Assembly (NCBI RefSeq): GCF_009914755.1
Contig: NC_060933.1
DNA: 64,000 nt
Origin: the human T2T-CHM13v2.0 reference genome, Homo sapiens
Direction: 5' to 3' (one strand)
The notes below the pieces were generated by a model. The model did no database searches and had not been told where the DNA came from. It was given only the letters and a program-made list of their open reading frames with translations. Position 1 is the stretch's first letter, and each line of letters opens with the position of its first letter. A program made the translations under genes and the position numbers. This document shows positions 27,509-43,049 of the stretch, one piece after another.

Positions 27509-30500
27509 CAACGCGAGTGCAGGGGAATGGAATGGAATGGAATGCAATGGAATGGAATCTTCCGCAATGGAATGGAATAGAATGGAATGGAATGAAATGC
27601 AATGGATTCAACTCGATTGCAATGGAATGGAATAGAATGGAATGGAATGGAATGGAATGGAATTAATCCGAATAGAATGCAATGGAATGGAATGGAACGG
27701 AATGGAACGGAATGGAATGGAATGGAATGGAATGCAATGGTATGGAATGGAATGGAATGGTACGGAATAGAATGGAATGGAACGAATTGTAATGGAATGG
27801 AATTGAATGGAATGGAATGGAATGGAATGGAATGAACGCGAGTGCAGGGGAATGTAATGGAACGGAATGCAATGGAATGGAATCATCCGGAATGGAATGG
27901 AATGGAATGGAATGGAATGGAATGGAATGGAATGGAATCACCCCGAGTGCAATGGAATGGAGTGGAATGGAATGGAATGGAATGGAACAACCCGAATGGA
28001 GTGGAATGTAATGGAGAGTAAGGGAGTTGAATAGAATCAATCCGAATGTAATGGAATGGAATGCAACGGAATGGAATGGAATGGAATGGAATGGAATGCA
28101 ATGGAATTGAATCAACCCGAGTACAATGGAATGGAATGGAATGGAATGGAATGGAATGGAATGGAATGATACGGAATAGAATGGAATGGAACGAAATGGA
28201 ATGGAATGGAATGGAATGGAATGGAATGGAATGGAATGGAATGGAATGAAATCGTTCCGAGTGGAATAGGAGGGAATGTATTCGAGTGGAATGGAAAGGA
28301 ATGGTATCAACCAGAGTGGAATGGAGGGGAATGGAATGGAATGGAAACTAATAGAATGGAATCAACCCGAGTGGAATGGAATGGAAAGGACTGGAATGGA
28401 ATGGAATGGAATGGAATCAACTCGATTGTAATGGAATGGAATGGAATGGAATGGAATGGAATGGAATGGAATGGAATGGAATGGAATGGAATTAACCCGA
28501 ATACAATGGAATGGAATGGAATGGAACGGAATGGAGTGGAATGGAATGGAATCAACCCGAGTGCAGGGGAATGGAATGGAATGGAATGCAATGGAATGGA
28601 ATCACCCGGAATGGAATGGAATGGAATGGAATGCAAAGCAATGGAATCAACTCGATTGCAATGGAATGGAATGGAATGGAAAGGAATACATTGGAATCAA
28701 CGCGAGTGGAATGGAATGGAAAGGACTGGAATGGAGTGGAATGGAATGGAATGGAATGGAATGGAATCAACTCGATTGGAATGGAATGGAATGGAATGGA
28801 ATGGAATTAACCCGAATAGAATGGAATGGAATGGAATGGAACGGAACGGAACGGAATGGAATGGAATGGAATGGAATGGAATGGAAACAACCCGACTGCA
28901 GGGGAATGGAATGGAATGGAATGCAATGGAATGGATTCAACTTGAATGGAATGGAAAGAATGGAATCAACACGAGTGGAATGGCATGGATTGGAATGGAA
29001 TGGAATGGAATCAACCCGAGTACAGGGGAATAGAATGGAATGGAATTCAATGGAATGGAATCATCCGTAATGTAATGGAAAGGAATGGAATGGAATGGAA
29101 TAGAATGAAATGGAATCAACTCGATTGCAATCGAAAGGAATGGAATGGAATTATCCCGAATAGAATGGAATGGAATGGAATGGAACGGAACGGAACGGAA
29201 TGGAATGGATTGGAATGGAATGGAATGGAATGGAATGGAACGGAATGGAATGGAATGGAATGGAATGGAATCAACGCGAGTGCAGGGGAATGGAATGGAA
29301 TGGAATGCAATGGAATGGAATCTTCCGGAATGGAATGGAATGGAATGGAATGGAATGGAATAAACCCGAGTGCAATGGAATGGAGTGGAATGGAATGGAA
29401 TGGAATGGAACAACCCGAATGGAATGGAATGTAATGGAGAGTAAGGGAGTTGAATAGAGTCAATCCGAATGTAATGGAATGGAAAGGAACGGAATGGAAT
29501 TGAATGGAATGGAATGGAATGCAATGGAATGGAATCAACCCGAGTGCAATGGAATGGAGAGGAACGGAATGGAATGGAATGGAAACTACCCGAATGGAAT
29601 GGAATGTAATGGAGTGTAAGGGAATTGAATAGAATCAATCCGAATGTAATGGAATGGAATGGAACGGAATGGAATGGAATGGAATGGAATGGAATGGAAT
29701 GCAATGGCATGGAATCAACCCGAGTGCAATCGAATGGAATCGAATGGAATGGAATGCAATGGAATGGATTCAACTTGAATGGAATGGAAAGAATGGAATC
29801 AACACGAGTGGAAGGGCATGGATTGGAATGCAATGGAATGGAATCAACTCGAGTACAGGGGAATGGAATGGAATGGAATGCAATGGAATGGAATCATCCG
29901 TAATGGAATGGAAAGGAATGGAATGGAATGGAATGGAATGGAAGGGAATGGAATCAACACGGTTGCAATCGAATGGAATGGAATGGAATTAACCCGAATA
30001 GAATGGAATGGAATGGAATGGAACGGAACGGAATGGAATGGAATGGAATGGAATGGAATGGAACGGAACGGAATGGAATGGAATGGAATGGAATGGAATG
30101 GAATCAACGCGAGTGCAGGGGAATGGAATGGAATGGAATGCAATGGAATGGAATGGAATGCAATGGAATGGAATCTTCCGGAATGGAATGGAATGGAATG
30201 GAATGAAATGCAATGGATTCAACTCGACTGCAATGGAATGGAATAGAATGGAATGGAATGGAATGGAATGGAATTACCCCAAATAGAATGGAATGGAATG
30301 GAACGGAATGGAACGGAACGGAATGGAATGGAATGGAATGGAATGGAATGGTATGGAATGGAATGGAATGGTACGGAATAGAATGGAATGGAACGAATTG
30401 TAATGGAATGGAATTGAATAGAATGGAATGGAATGGAATGGAATGGAATCAACGCGAGTGCAGGGGAATGTAATGGAACGGAATGCAATGGAATGGAATC

Positions 30501-30639
30501 ATCCGGAATGGAATGGAATGGAATGGAATGGAATGGAATGGAATGGAATGGAATCAACCCGAGTGCAATGGAATGGAGTGGAATGGAATAGAATGGAATG
30601 GAACAACCCGAATGGAATGGAATGTAATGGACAGTAAGG

Positions 30640-31780
30640 GAGTTGAATAGAATCAGTCCGAATGTAATGGAATGGAATGCAACGGAATGGAATGGAATGG
30701 AATGGAATGGAATGGAATGGAATGGAATGGAATGGAATGCAAAGGAATGGAATCAACCCGAGTGGAATGGCATGGAATGGAATGCAATGGAATGGAATGG
30801 AATGGAATCAACTCGAGTGGAAAGGAATGGAATGGAATGGAAAGGAATGGAATGAAGTCAACTCGAGTGGAATGGAATGGAATGGAATGGATTGGAATGG
30901 ATTGCAATGGAATGGAATGGAATGGAATGGAATGGAATGGAATGGAATCAATCATTCCGAGTGGAATGGAAGGGAATGTAATGGAGTGGAAAGAAGGGAA
31001 TGGAATCAACCCGAGTGGAATGCAAGGCAATGGAATGGAATGGAAAGGAATGGAATGGAATCAACTCGATTGCAATGGAATGGAATGGAATGGAATGGAA
31101 TGAAATGGAATTAACCGGAATAGAATTGAATTGAATGGAATGGAACGGAATGGAATGGAATGGAAGGGAATGGAATCAACACGAGTGCAGGGGAATGGAA
31201 TGGAATGGAATGCAATGGAATGGAATCATCCGGAATGGAATGGAATGGAATGGAATCAACTCCATTGCAATGGAATGGAATGGAATGGAATGGAATAGAA
31301 TGGAATGGAATTAACCCGAATAGAATGGAATGCAATAGAATGGAATGCAACGGAACCGAATGGAGTGGAATGGAATGGAATGGAATGAACCGGAGTACAG
31401 GGGAATGGAATGGAATGGAATGCAATGGAATGGAGTCATCCGTAATGGAATGGAAAGGAATGGAATGGAATGGAATGGAATGGAATGGAATGGAATGGAA
31501 TCAACTCGATGGCAGTCGAATGGAATGGAAAGGAATCAACCCGAATAGAATGGAATGGAATGGAATGGAACGGAACGGAATGGAATGGAATGGAATGGAA
31601 CGGAACGGAATGGAATGGAATGGAATGGAATGGAATTAACGCGAGTGCAGGGGAATGGAATGGAATGGAATGCAATGGAATGGAATCTTCCGGAATGGAA
31701 TGGAATGGAATGGAATGGAATGAAAGGCAATGGATTCAACTCGATTGCAATGGAATGGAATAGAATGGAATGGAATGGAA
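30640..31780 (+). repeat. ~1.1-kb block Y with related copies at ~59430-60560 and ~61915-62860
   Basis: Shared words in the same order: gcaaaggaat, gaagtcaactc, atcaatcat, gcaaggcaat, caactccatt (31257/60030/62462), gaaccgaatggagt, ggagtcatcc, caactcgatggca. Confidence 0.85.
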
Positions 31781-34700
31781 TGGAATGGAATGGAATCAAC
31801 TCGATTGGAATGGAATGGAATGGAATGGAATGGAATGGAATGGAATTAACCCGAATAGAATGGAATGGAATGGAATTGAACGGAATGGAATGGAATGGAA
31901 TGGAATGGAATGGAATGGAATGGAATGGAATGGAATCAACCCGACTGCAGGGGAATGGAATGGAATGGAATGGAATGGAATGGAATGGAATGGAATGGAA
32001 TCATCCGGAACGGAATGGACTGGAATGGAATGGAATCAACTCGATTGCAATGGAATGGAATGGAATGGAATTTAATCGAATGGAATGGAATGGAATTAAC
32101 CGGAATAGAATGGAATGGAATGGAATGGAACGGAATGGAATGGAATGGAATGGAATGGAATGGAATCAACCCGAGTGCAGGGGAATGGAATGGAATGGAA
32201 TGCAATGGAATGGAATCATCCGGAATGGAAGTGAATGGAATGGAATGCAATCAACCTGATGCAATGGAATGGAGTGGAATGGAATGGAATGGAATGGAAA
32301 CATCCCGAATGGAATGGAATGTAATGGAGTGTAAGGGAATTGAATAGAATCAATCCGAATGTAATGGAATGGAATGGAATGAAATGGAATGGAATGGAAT
32401 GGAATGGAATCAACCCGAGTGCAATGGAATGGATTCGAATGGAATGGAATGGAATGGAATGGATTCAACAAGAATGGAATGGAAAGGAATGGAATCAACC
32501 CGAGTGTAATGGCATGGAATGGAACGGAATGGAATGGGATGGAATGGAATGGTATGGAATAGAATGGAATAGAATGAAATGGAATGGAATGGAATGGAAT
32601 GGAATGAACCCGTGTGCAATGGAATGGAATGGAATGGAATGGAATGGAATGGAATGGATTCAACTCGAATGGAATCAACTCGATTGCAATGGAATGGAAT
32701 GGAATTGAAAGGAATAGAATGGAATCAACCCGAGTGGAATGGAATGGAAAAGACTGGAATGGAATGGAATGGAATGGAATCAACTCGATTGTAATGGAAT
32801 GGAATGGAATGGAATTAACACGAATAGAATGAAATGGAACGGAATGGAATGGAATGGAATCAACCCGAGTGCAGGGGAATGGAATGGAATGGAATGCAAT
32901 GGAATGGAATCATCCGGAATGGAATGGAATGGAATGGAATGGAATGGAATGGAATGGAATGGAATCAACTCGATTTCAACGGAATGGAATGGAATTAACA
33001 CGAATAGAATGAAATGGAATGGAATGGAATGGAATGGAATCAAACCAAGTGCAGGGGAATGGAATGGAATGGAATTCAATGGAATGGAATCATCCGGAAT
33101 GGAATGGAATGGAATGGAATGGAATGGAATGGAATGGAATCAACGCGAGTGCAGGGGAATGGAATGGAATGGAATGCAATGGAATGGAATCTTCCGGAAT
33201 GGAATGGAATGGAATGGAATCAACTCCATTGCAATGGAATGGAATGGAATGGAATGGAATGGAATAGAATGGAATGAAATTAACCCGAATAGAATGGAAT
33301 GCAATAGAATGGAATGCAACGGCACCGAATGGAGTGGAATGGAATGGAATGGATTCAACCCGAGTACAGGGGAATGGAATGGAATGGAATGCAATGGAAT
33401 GGAGTCATCCGTAATGGAATGGAAAGGAATGGAATGGAATGGAATGGAATGGAATCAACTCGATGGCAGTCGAATGGAATGGAATGGAGTCAACCCGAAT
33501 AGAATGGAATGGTATGGAATGGAACGGAACGGAATGGAATGGAATGGAATGGAATGGAACGGAACGGAATGGAATGGAATGGAATGGAATGGAATCAACG
33601 CGAGTGCAGGGGAATGGAATGGAATGGAATGCAATGGAATGGAATCTTCCGGAATGCAATGGAATGGAATGGAATGAAAGGCAATGGATTCAACTCGATT
33701 GCAATGGAATGGAATAGAATGGAATGGAATGGAATGGAATGGAATGGAATCAACTCGATTGGAATGGAATGGAATGGAATGGAATGGAATGGAATGGAAT
33801 GGAATGGAATGGAATTAACCCGAATAGAATGGAATGGAATGGAATTGAACGGAATGGAATGGAATGGAATGGAATGGAATGGAATGGAATGGAATCAACC
33901 CGACTGCAGGGTAATGGAATGGAATGGAATGGAATGGAATGGAATGGAATCATCCGGAACGGAATGGACTTGAATGGAATGGAATCAACTCGATTGCAAT
34001 GGAATGGAATGGAATGGAATTTAATCGAATGGAATGGAATGGAATTAACCGGAATAGAAAGGAATGGAATGGAATGGAACGGAATGGAATGGAATGGAAT
34101 GGAATGGAATGGAATGGAATCAACCCGAGTGCAGGGGAATGGAATGGAATGGAATGCAATGGAATGGAATCATCCGGAATGGAATGGAATGGAATGGAAT
34201 GCAATCAACCTGATGCAATGGAATGGAGTGGAATGGAATGGAATGGAATGGAAACATCCCGAATGGAAAGGAATGTAATGGAGCGTAAGGTAATTGAATA
34301 GAATCAATCCGAATGTAATGGAATGGAATGGAATGAAATGGAATGGAATGGAATGGAATGGAATCAACCCGAGTGCAATGGAATGGATTCGAATGGAATG
34401 GAATGGAATGGAATGGAATCAACTCGATTGGAATGGAATGGAATGGAATGGAATGGAATGGAATGGAATGGAATGGAATTAACCCGAATAGAATGGAATG
34501 GAATGGAATTGAACGGAATGGAATGGAATGGAATGGAATGGAATGGAATGGAATGGAATGGAATCAACCCGACTGCAGGGGAATGGAATGGAATGGAATG
34601 GAATGGAATGGAATCATCCGGAACAGAATGGACTGGAATGGAATGGAATCAACTCGATTGCAATGGAATGGAATGGAATGGAATTTAATCCAATGGAATG

Positions 34701-35840
34701 GAATGGAATTAACCGCAATAGAATGGAATGGAATGGAATGGAACGGAATGGAATGGAATGGAATGGAATGGAATGGAATGGAATGGAATCAACCCGAGTG
34801 CAGGGGAATGGAATGGAATGGAATGCAATGGAATGGAATCATCCGGAATGGAATGGAATGGAATGGAATGCAATCAACCTGATGCAATGGAATGGAGTGG
34901 AATGGAATGGAATGGAATGGAAACATCCCGAATGGAATGGAATGTAATGGAGTGTAAGGGAATTGAATAGAATCAATCCGAATGTAATGGAATGGAATGG
35001 AATGAAATGGAATGGAATGGAATGGAATGGAATCAACCCGAGTGCAATGGAATGGATTCGAATGGAATGGAATGGAATGGAATGGATTCAACAAGAATGG
35101 AATGGAAAGGAATGGAATCAACCCGAGTGTAATGGCATGGAATGGAACGGAATGGAATGGGATGGAATGGAATGGTATGGAATAGAATGGAATAGAATGA
35201 AATGGAATGGAATGGAATGGAATGGAATGGAATGGAATGAACCCGTGTGCAATGGAATGGAATGGAATGGAATGGAATGGATTCAACTCGAATGGAATCA
35301 ACTCGATTGCAATGGAATGGAATGGAATTGAAAGGAATAGAATGGAATCAACACGAGTGGAATGGAATGGAAAGGACTGGAATGGAGTGGAATGGAATGG
35401 AATGGAATGGAATTAACACGAATAGAATGAAATGGAACGGAATGGAATGGAATGTAATGGAATGGAATGGAATGGAATCAACCCGAGTGCAGGGGAATGG
35501 AATGGAATGGAATGCAATGGAATGGAATCATCCGGAATGGAATGGAATGGAATGGAATGGAATGGAATGGAATGGCATCAACTCGATTTCAATGGAATGG
35601 AATGGAATAGAATGGAATGGAATTAACACGAATAGAATGGAATGGAATGGAATTGAATGGAACAGAAAGGAATGGAATGGAATGGAATGGAATCAACCCA
35701 AGTGCAGGGGAATGGAATGGAATGGAATTCAATGGAATGGAATCATCCGGAATGGAATGGAATGGAATGGAATGGAATGGAATCAACGCGAGTGCAGGGG
35801 AATGGAATGGAATGGAATGCAATGGAATGGAATCTTCCGG
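31257..35840 (+). repeat. ~1.96-kb tandem duplication whose second copy contains an extra nested 669-bp duplication
   Basis: caactccatt 31257/33221; caactcgatggcagtcg 31502/33456 and caacctgatgc 32252/34206 (offset 1954). An extra caacctgatgc lies at 34875 (+669), after which the offset becomes 2623 (ggattcaacaagaa 32461/35084; ORFs 32340/34963). Confidence 0.85.
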
Positions 35841-38800
35841 AATGGAATGGAATGGAATGGAATGAAATGCAATGGATTCAACTCGATTGCAATGGAATGG
35901 AATAGAATGGAATGGAATGGAATGGAATGGAATTAATTCGAATAGAATGGAATGGAATGGAATGGAACGGAATGGAACGGAATGGAATGGAATGCAATGG
36001 AATGGAATGGTATGGAATGGAATGGAATGGTACGGAATGGAATGGAATGGAACGAATTGTAATGGAATGGAATTGAATGGAATGGAATGGAATGGAATGG
36101 AATCAACGCGAGTGCAAGGGAATGTAATGGAACGGAAGGCAAAGGAATGGAATCATCCGGAATGGAATGGAATGGAATGGAATGGAATGGAATGGAATGG
36201 AATCAACCCGAGTGCAATGGAATGGTGTGGAATGGAATGGAATGGAATGGAACAACCCGAATGGAATGGAATGTAATGGAGAGTAAGGGAGTTGAATAGA
36301 ATCAATCCGAATGTAATGGAATGGAAAGCAACGGAATGGAATGGAATGGGATGGAATGGAATGGAATGCAATGGAATTGAATCAACCCGAGTACAATGGA
36401 ATGGAATGGAACGGAATGGAATGGAATGGAATGGAATGGAATGGAATGAAATGATACGGAATAGAATGGAATGGAACGAAATGAATGGAATGGAATGGAA
36501 TGGAATGGAATCGTTCCGAGTGGAATAGGAGGGAATGTTTTCGAGTGGAATGGAAAGGAATGGAATCAACCAGAGTGGAATGGAAGGGAATGGAATGGAA
36601 CGGAAACTAATAGAATGGAATCAACCCGAGAGGAATGGAATGGAAAGGACTGGAATGGAATGGAATGGAATGGAATCAACTCGATTGTAATGGAATGGAA
36701 TGGAATGGAATGGAATGGAATGGAATGGAATGGAATTAACCTGAATACAATGCAATGTAATGGAATGGAACGGAATGGAGTGGAATGGAATGGAATCAAC
36801 CCGAGTGCAGGGGAATGGAATGGAATGGAATGCAATGGAATGGAATCATCCGGAATGGAATGGAATGGAATGGAATGCAAAGCAATGGAATCAACTCGAT
36901 TGCAACGGAATGGAATGGAATGGAAAGGAATACATTGGGATCAACCCGAGTGGAATGGAATGGAAAGGACTGGAATGGAGTGGAATGGAATGGAACGGAA
37001 CGGAATGGAATCAACTCGATTGGAATGGAATGGAATGGAATGGAATGGAATGGAATTAACCCGAATAGAATGGAATGGAATGGAATGGAACGGAACGGAA
37101 CGGAATGGAATGGAATGGAAAAAACCCGACTGCAGGGGAATGGAATGGAATGGAATGCAATGGAATGGATTCAACTTGAATGGAATGGAAAGAATGGAAT
37201 CAACACGAGTGGAATGGCATGGATTGGAATGGAATGGAATGAACCCGAGTACAGGGGAATGGAATGGAATGGAATGCAATGGAATGGAATCATCCGTAAT
37301 GGAATGGAAAGGAATGGAATGGAATGGAATGGAATGGAATGGAATGGAATGGAACGGAAAGGAACGGAACGGAATGGAATGGAATGGAATGGAATGGAAT
37401 GGAATGGAACGGAAAGGAATGGAATGGAAAGGAATGGAATGGAATGGAATGGAATGGAATGGAATCAACGCGAGTGCAGGGGAATGGAATGGAATGGAAT
37501 GCAATGGAATGGAATCTTCCGGAATGGAATGGAATGGAATGGAATGGAATGGAATAAACCCGAGTGCAATGGAATGGAGTGGAATGGAATGGAATGGATT
37601 GGAACAACACGAATGGAATGGAATGTAATGGAGAGTAAGGGAGTTGAATAGAGTCAATCCGAATGTAATGGAATCGAATGGAACGGAATGGAATTGAATG
37701 GAATGGAATGGAATGCAATGGAATGGGATCAACCCGAGTTCAATGGAATGGAGAGGAATGTAATGGAATGGAATGGAAACTACCCGAATGGAATGGAATG
37801 TAATGGAGTGTAAGGGAATTGAATAGAATCAATCCGAATGTAATGGAATGGAATGGAACGGAATGGAATGAAATGGAATGGAATGGAATGGAATGGAATG
37901 GAATGGAATGGAATGCAATGGAATGGAATCAACCCGAGTGCAATTGAATGGAATCGAATGGAAAGGAATGCAATGGAATGGATTCAACTTGAATGGAATG
38001 GAAAGAATGGAATCAACACGAGTGGAATGGCATGGATTGGAATGGAATGGAATGGAAACAACCCGAGTACAGGGGAATGGAATGGAATGGAATGCAATGG
38101 AATGGAATCATCCGTAATGTAATGGAAAGGAATGGAATGGAAAGGAATGGAATGGAATGAAATGGAATCAACTCGATTGCAATCGAATGGAATGGAATGG
38201 AATTAACCCGAATAGAATGGAATGGAATGGAATGGAACGGAACGGAACGGAACGGAGTGGAATGGAATGGAATGGAATTGTATGGAATGGAATGGCATGG
38301 TACGGAATAGAATGGAATGGAAAGAATTGGAATGGAATGGAATCGAATGGAATGGAATGGAATGGAATGGAATCAACCCGAGTGCAGGGGAATGTAATGG
38401 AACGGAATGCAATGGAATGGAATCATCCGGAATGGAATGGAATGGAATGGAATGGAATGGAATGGAATGGAATGGAATGGAATCAACCCGAGTGCAATGG
38501 AATGGAGTGGAATGGAATTGAATGGAATGGAACAACCCGAATGGAATGGAATGTAATGGAGAGTAAGGGAGTTGAATAGAATCAATCCGAATGTAATGGA
38601 ATGGAACGGAATGGAATGGAATGGAATGGAATGGAATGCAATGGAATGGAATCAACCCGAGTACAATGGAACGGAATGGAATGGAATGTAATGTAATGGA
38701 ATGGAATGGAATGGAATGGAATGGAATCAACCCGAGTGCAATGGAATGTAGAGGAATGGAATGGAATGGAATGGAAACTACCCGAATGGAATGGAATGTA

Positions 38801-41800
38801 ATGGAGTGTAAGGGAATTGAATAGAATCAATCCGAATGGAATGGAATGGAATGGAACGGAATGTAATGGAATGGAATGGAATGGAATCAACCCGAGTGCA
38901 GGGGAATGGAATGGAATGGAATGCAATCGAATGAAATCATCCGGAATGGAATGGAATGGAATGCAATGGAATGGAATGGAATGGAATCAACCCGAGTGCA
39001 ATGGAATGGAGTGAAATGGAATGGAAAGGAATGGAAACAACCAGAATGTATTGGAATATAATGGAGTGTAAGGGAATTCAATAGAATCAATCTGAATGTA
39101 ATGAAATGGAATGGAACGGAATGGAATGGAATGGAATGGAATGGAATGGAATGCAATGGAATGGAATCAACCCGTCTGCAATCGAATGGAATCGAATGGA
39201 ATGGAATAGAATGGAATGGATTCAACTTGAATGGAAAGGAAAGAATGGAATCAACACGAGTGGAATGGCATGGATTGGAATGGAATGGAATGGAATCAAC
39301 CCGAGTACAGGAGAATGGAATGTAATGGAATGCAATGGAATGGAATCATCAGTAATGGAATGGAAAGAAATGGAAAGGACTGGAATGGAATGGAATGGAA
39401 TGGAATGGAATGGAATCAACTCGATTGCAATCGAATGGAATGGAATGGAATTAACCCGAATAGAATGGAATGGAATGGAATGGAATGGAACGGAACGGAA
39501 TGGAATGGAATGGAATGGAATGGAACGGAAAGGAATTGAATGGAATGGAATGGAATGGAATGGAATGGAATGGAATGGAATGGAATCAACGCGAGTGCAG
39601 GGGAATGGAATGGAATCGAATGGAATGGAAAGGAATGGAATGGAATCAACCCGAGTGCAAGGGAATGTAATGGAACGGAATGCAATGGAATGGAATCATC
39701 CGGAATGGAATGGAATGGAATGGAATGGAATCAACCCGAGTGCAATGGAATGGAGTGGAATGGAATGGAATGGAATGGAACAACCCGAATGGAATGGAAT
39801 GTAATAGAGAGTAAGGGAGTTGAAAAGAATCAATCCGAATGTAATGGAATGGAATGGAACGGAATGGAATGGAATGGAATGGAATGGAATGGAATGCAAT
39901 GGAATGGAATCAACCCGAGTACAATGGAATGGAATGGAATGGAATGGAATTGAATGGAATGGAATGCAATGGAATGGAATCTTCCGGAATGGAATGGAAT
40001 GGAATGGAATGGAATGGAATGGAATGGAATGGATTCAGCTCGATTGCCATGGAATGAAATAGAATGGAATGGAATGGAATGGAATGGAATGGAATTAAAC
40101 CGAATAGAATGGAATGGAATGGAATGGAACGGAACAGAACAGAACGGAACGGAATGGAGTGGAATGGAATGTAATGGAATTGTATGGAATGGAATGGAAT
40201 GGTACGGAATAGAATGGAATGGAAAGAATTGGAATGGAATGGAATCGAATGGAATGGAATGGAATGGAATGGAATGGAATGGAATGGAATGGAATGCAAT
40301 GGAATGGAATCAACCCTAGTACAATGGAACGGAATGGAATGGAATGTAATGTAATAGAATGGAATGGAGTGGAATGGAATGGAATCAACCCGAGTGCAAT
40401 GGAATGGAGAGGAATGGAATGGAATGGAATGGAAACTACCCGAATGGAATGGAATGTAATGGAGTGTAAGGGAATTGAATAGAATCAATCCGAATGGAAT
40501 GGAATGGAATGGAACGGAATGTAATGTAATGGAATGGAATGGAATCAACCCGAGTGCAGGGGAATGGAATGGAATGGAATGCAATGGAATGGAATCATCC
40601 GGAATGGAATGGAATGGAATGCAATGGAATGGAATGGAATGGAATCAACACGAGTGCAATGGAATGGAGTGGAATGGAATGGAATGGAATGGAACAACCC
40701 GAATGGAATGGAATGTAATGGACAGTAAGGGAGTTGAATAGAATCAATCCGAATGTAATGGAATGGAATGCAACGGAATGGAATGGAATGGAATGCAATG
40801 GAATGCAATCAACCCGAGTACAATGGAATGGAATGGAATGGAATGGAATGGAATGGAATGGAATGGAATGCCTTCAAACCGAATGGAATGGAAAGGAATG
40901 GAATCAACGCGAGTGGAATGGAATGGAATGGAATGGAATGGAATGGAATGGAATGGAATGGAATCGTTCCGAGTGGAATAGGAGGGAATGTATTCGAGTG
41001 GAATGGAAAGGAATGGAATCAACCAGAGTGGAATGGAAGGGAATGGAATGGAATGGAAACGAATAGAATGGAATCAACCCGAGTGGAATGGAATGGAAAG
41101 GACTGGAATGGAATGGAATGGAATGGAATGGAATGGAATGGAATCAACTCGATTGGAATGGAATGGAATGGAATGGAATGGAATGGAATTAACCCGAATA
41201 CCATGGAATGGAATGGAATGGAACGGAATGGAGTGGAATGGAATGGAATCAACCCGAGTGCAGGGGAATGGAATGGAATGGAATGCAATGGAATGGAATC
41301 ATCCGGAATGGAATGGAATGGAATGGAATGCAATGGAATGGAATGGAATGGAATGGAATGGAATCAACTCGAATGCAGTTGAATGGAATGGAATGGAATT
41401 AACCCGAATAGAATGGAATGGAATGGAATGGAACGGAACGGAACGGAACGGAACGGCATGGAATGGAATGGAATAGAATGGAATGGAACGGAAAGGAATG
41501 GAATGGAATGGAATGGAATGGAATGGAATGGAATGGAATGGAATGAACGTGAGTGCAGAGGAATGGAATGGAATGGAATGCAATGGAATGGAATCTTCTG
41601 GAATGGAATGGAATGGAATGGAATGGAATGGAATGGAATGGAATGGAATGGAATAAACCCGAGTGCAATGGAATGGAGTGGAATGGAATGGAATGGAATG
41701 GAACAACCCGAATGGAATGGAATGTAATGGAGAGTAAGGGAGTTGAATAAAATCAATCCGAATATAATGGAATGGAATGGAAGGGAATGGAATTGAATGG

Positions 41801-43049
41801 AATGGAATGGAATGCAATGGAATGGAATCAACCCGAGTGCAATGGAATGGAGAGGAATGGAATGGAATGGAATGGAAACTACCCGAATGGAATGGAATGT
41901 AATGGAGTGTAAGGGAATTGAATAGAATCAATCCGAATGTAATGGAATGGAATGGAACGGAATGGAATGGAATGGAATGCAATGGAATGGAATGGAATGC
42001 AATGGAATGGAATCAACCCGAGTGCAATCGAATGGAATCGAATGGAATGCAATGGAATGTATTCAACTTGAATGGAATGGAAAGAATGGAATCAACAAGA
42101 GTGGAATGGCATGGATTGGAATGCAATGGAGTGGAATCAACCCGAGTATAGTGGAATGGAATGGAATGGAATGCAATGGAATGGAACCATCCGTAATGGA
42201 ATGGAAAGGAATGGAATGGTATGGAATGGAATGGAATGGAATGGATTGGAATCAACACGATTGCAATAGAATGGAATGGAATGGAATTAACCCAAATAGA
42301 ATGGAATGGAATGGAATGGAACGGAACGGAATGGAATGGAATGGAATGGAATGGAATGGAACGGAACGGAATGGAATGGAATGGAATGGAATGGAATGGA
42401 ATGGAATGGAATGGAATCAACGCGAGTGCAGGGGAATGGAATGTAATGGAATGCAATGGAATGGAATCTTCCGGAATGGAATGGAATGGAATGGAATGGA
42501 ATCAACCCGAGTGCAATGGAATTGAGTGGAATGGAATGGAATGGAATGGAACAACCCGAATGGAATGGAATGTAATGGAGAGTAAGGGAGTTGAATAGAG
42601 TCAATCCGAATGTAATGGAATGGAATGGAAAGGAATGGAATTGAATGGAATGGAATGGAATGCAATGGAATGGAATCAACCCGAGTGCAATGGAATGGAG
42701 AGGAATGGAATGGAATGGAGTGGAAACTACCCGAATGGAATGGAATGTAATGGAGTGTAAAGGAATTGAATAGAATCAATCCGAATATAATGGAAAGGAA
42801 TGGAACGGAATGGAATGGAATGGAATGGAATGGAATGGAATGGAATGGAATGCAATGGAAAGGAATCAACCCGAGTGCAATCGAATGGAATCGAATGGAA
42901 TGGAATGCAATGGAATGGAATCAACTCGATTGCAATCGAATGGAATGGAATGGAATTAACCCGAATAGAATGGAATGGAATGGAATGGAAAGGAACGGAA
43001 TGGAATGGAATGGAATGGAATGGAATGGAACGGAACGGAATGGAATGGA

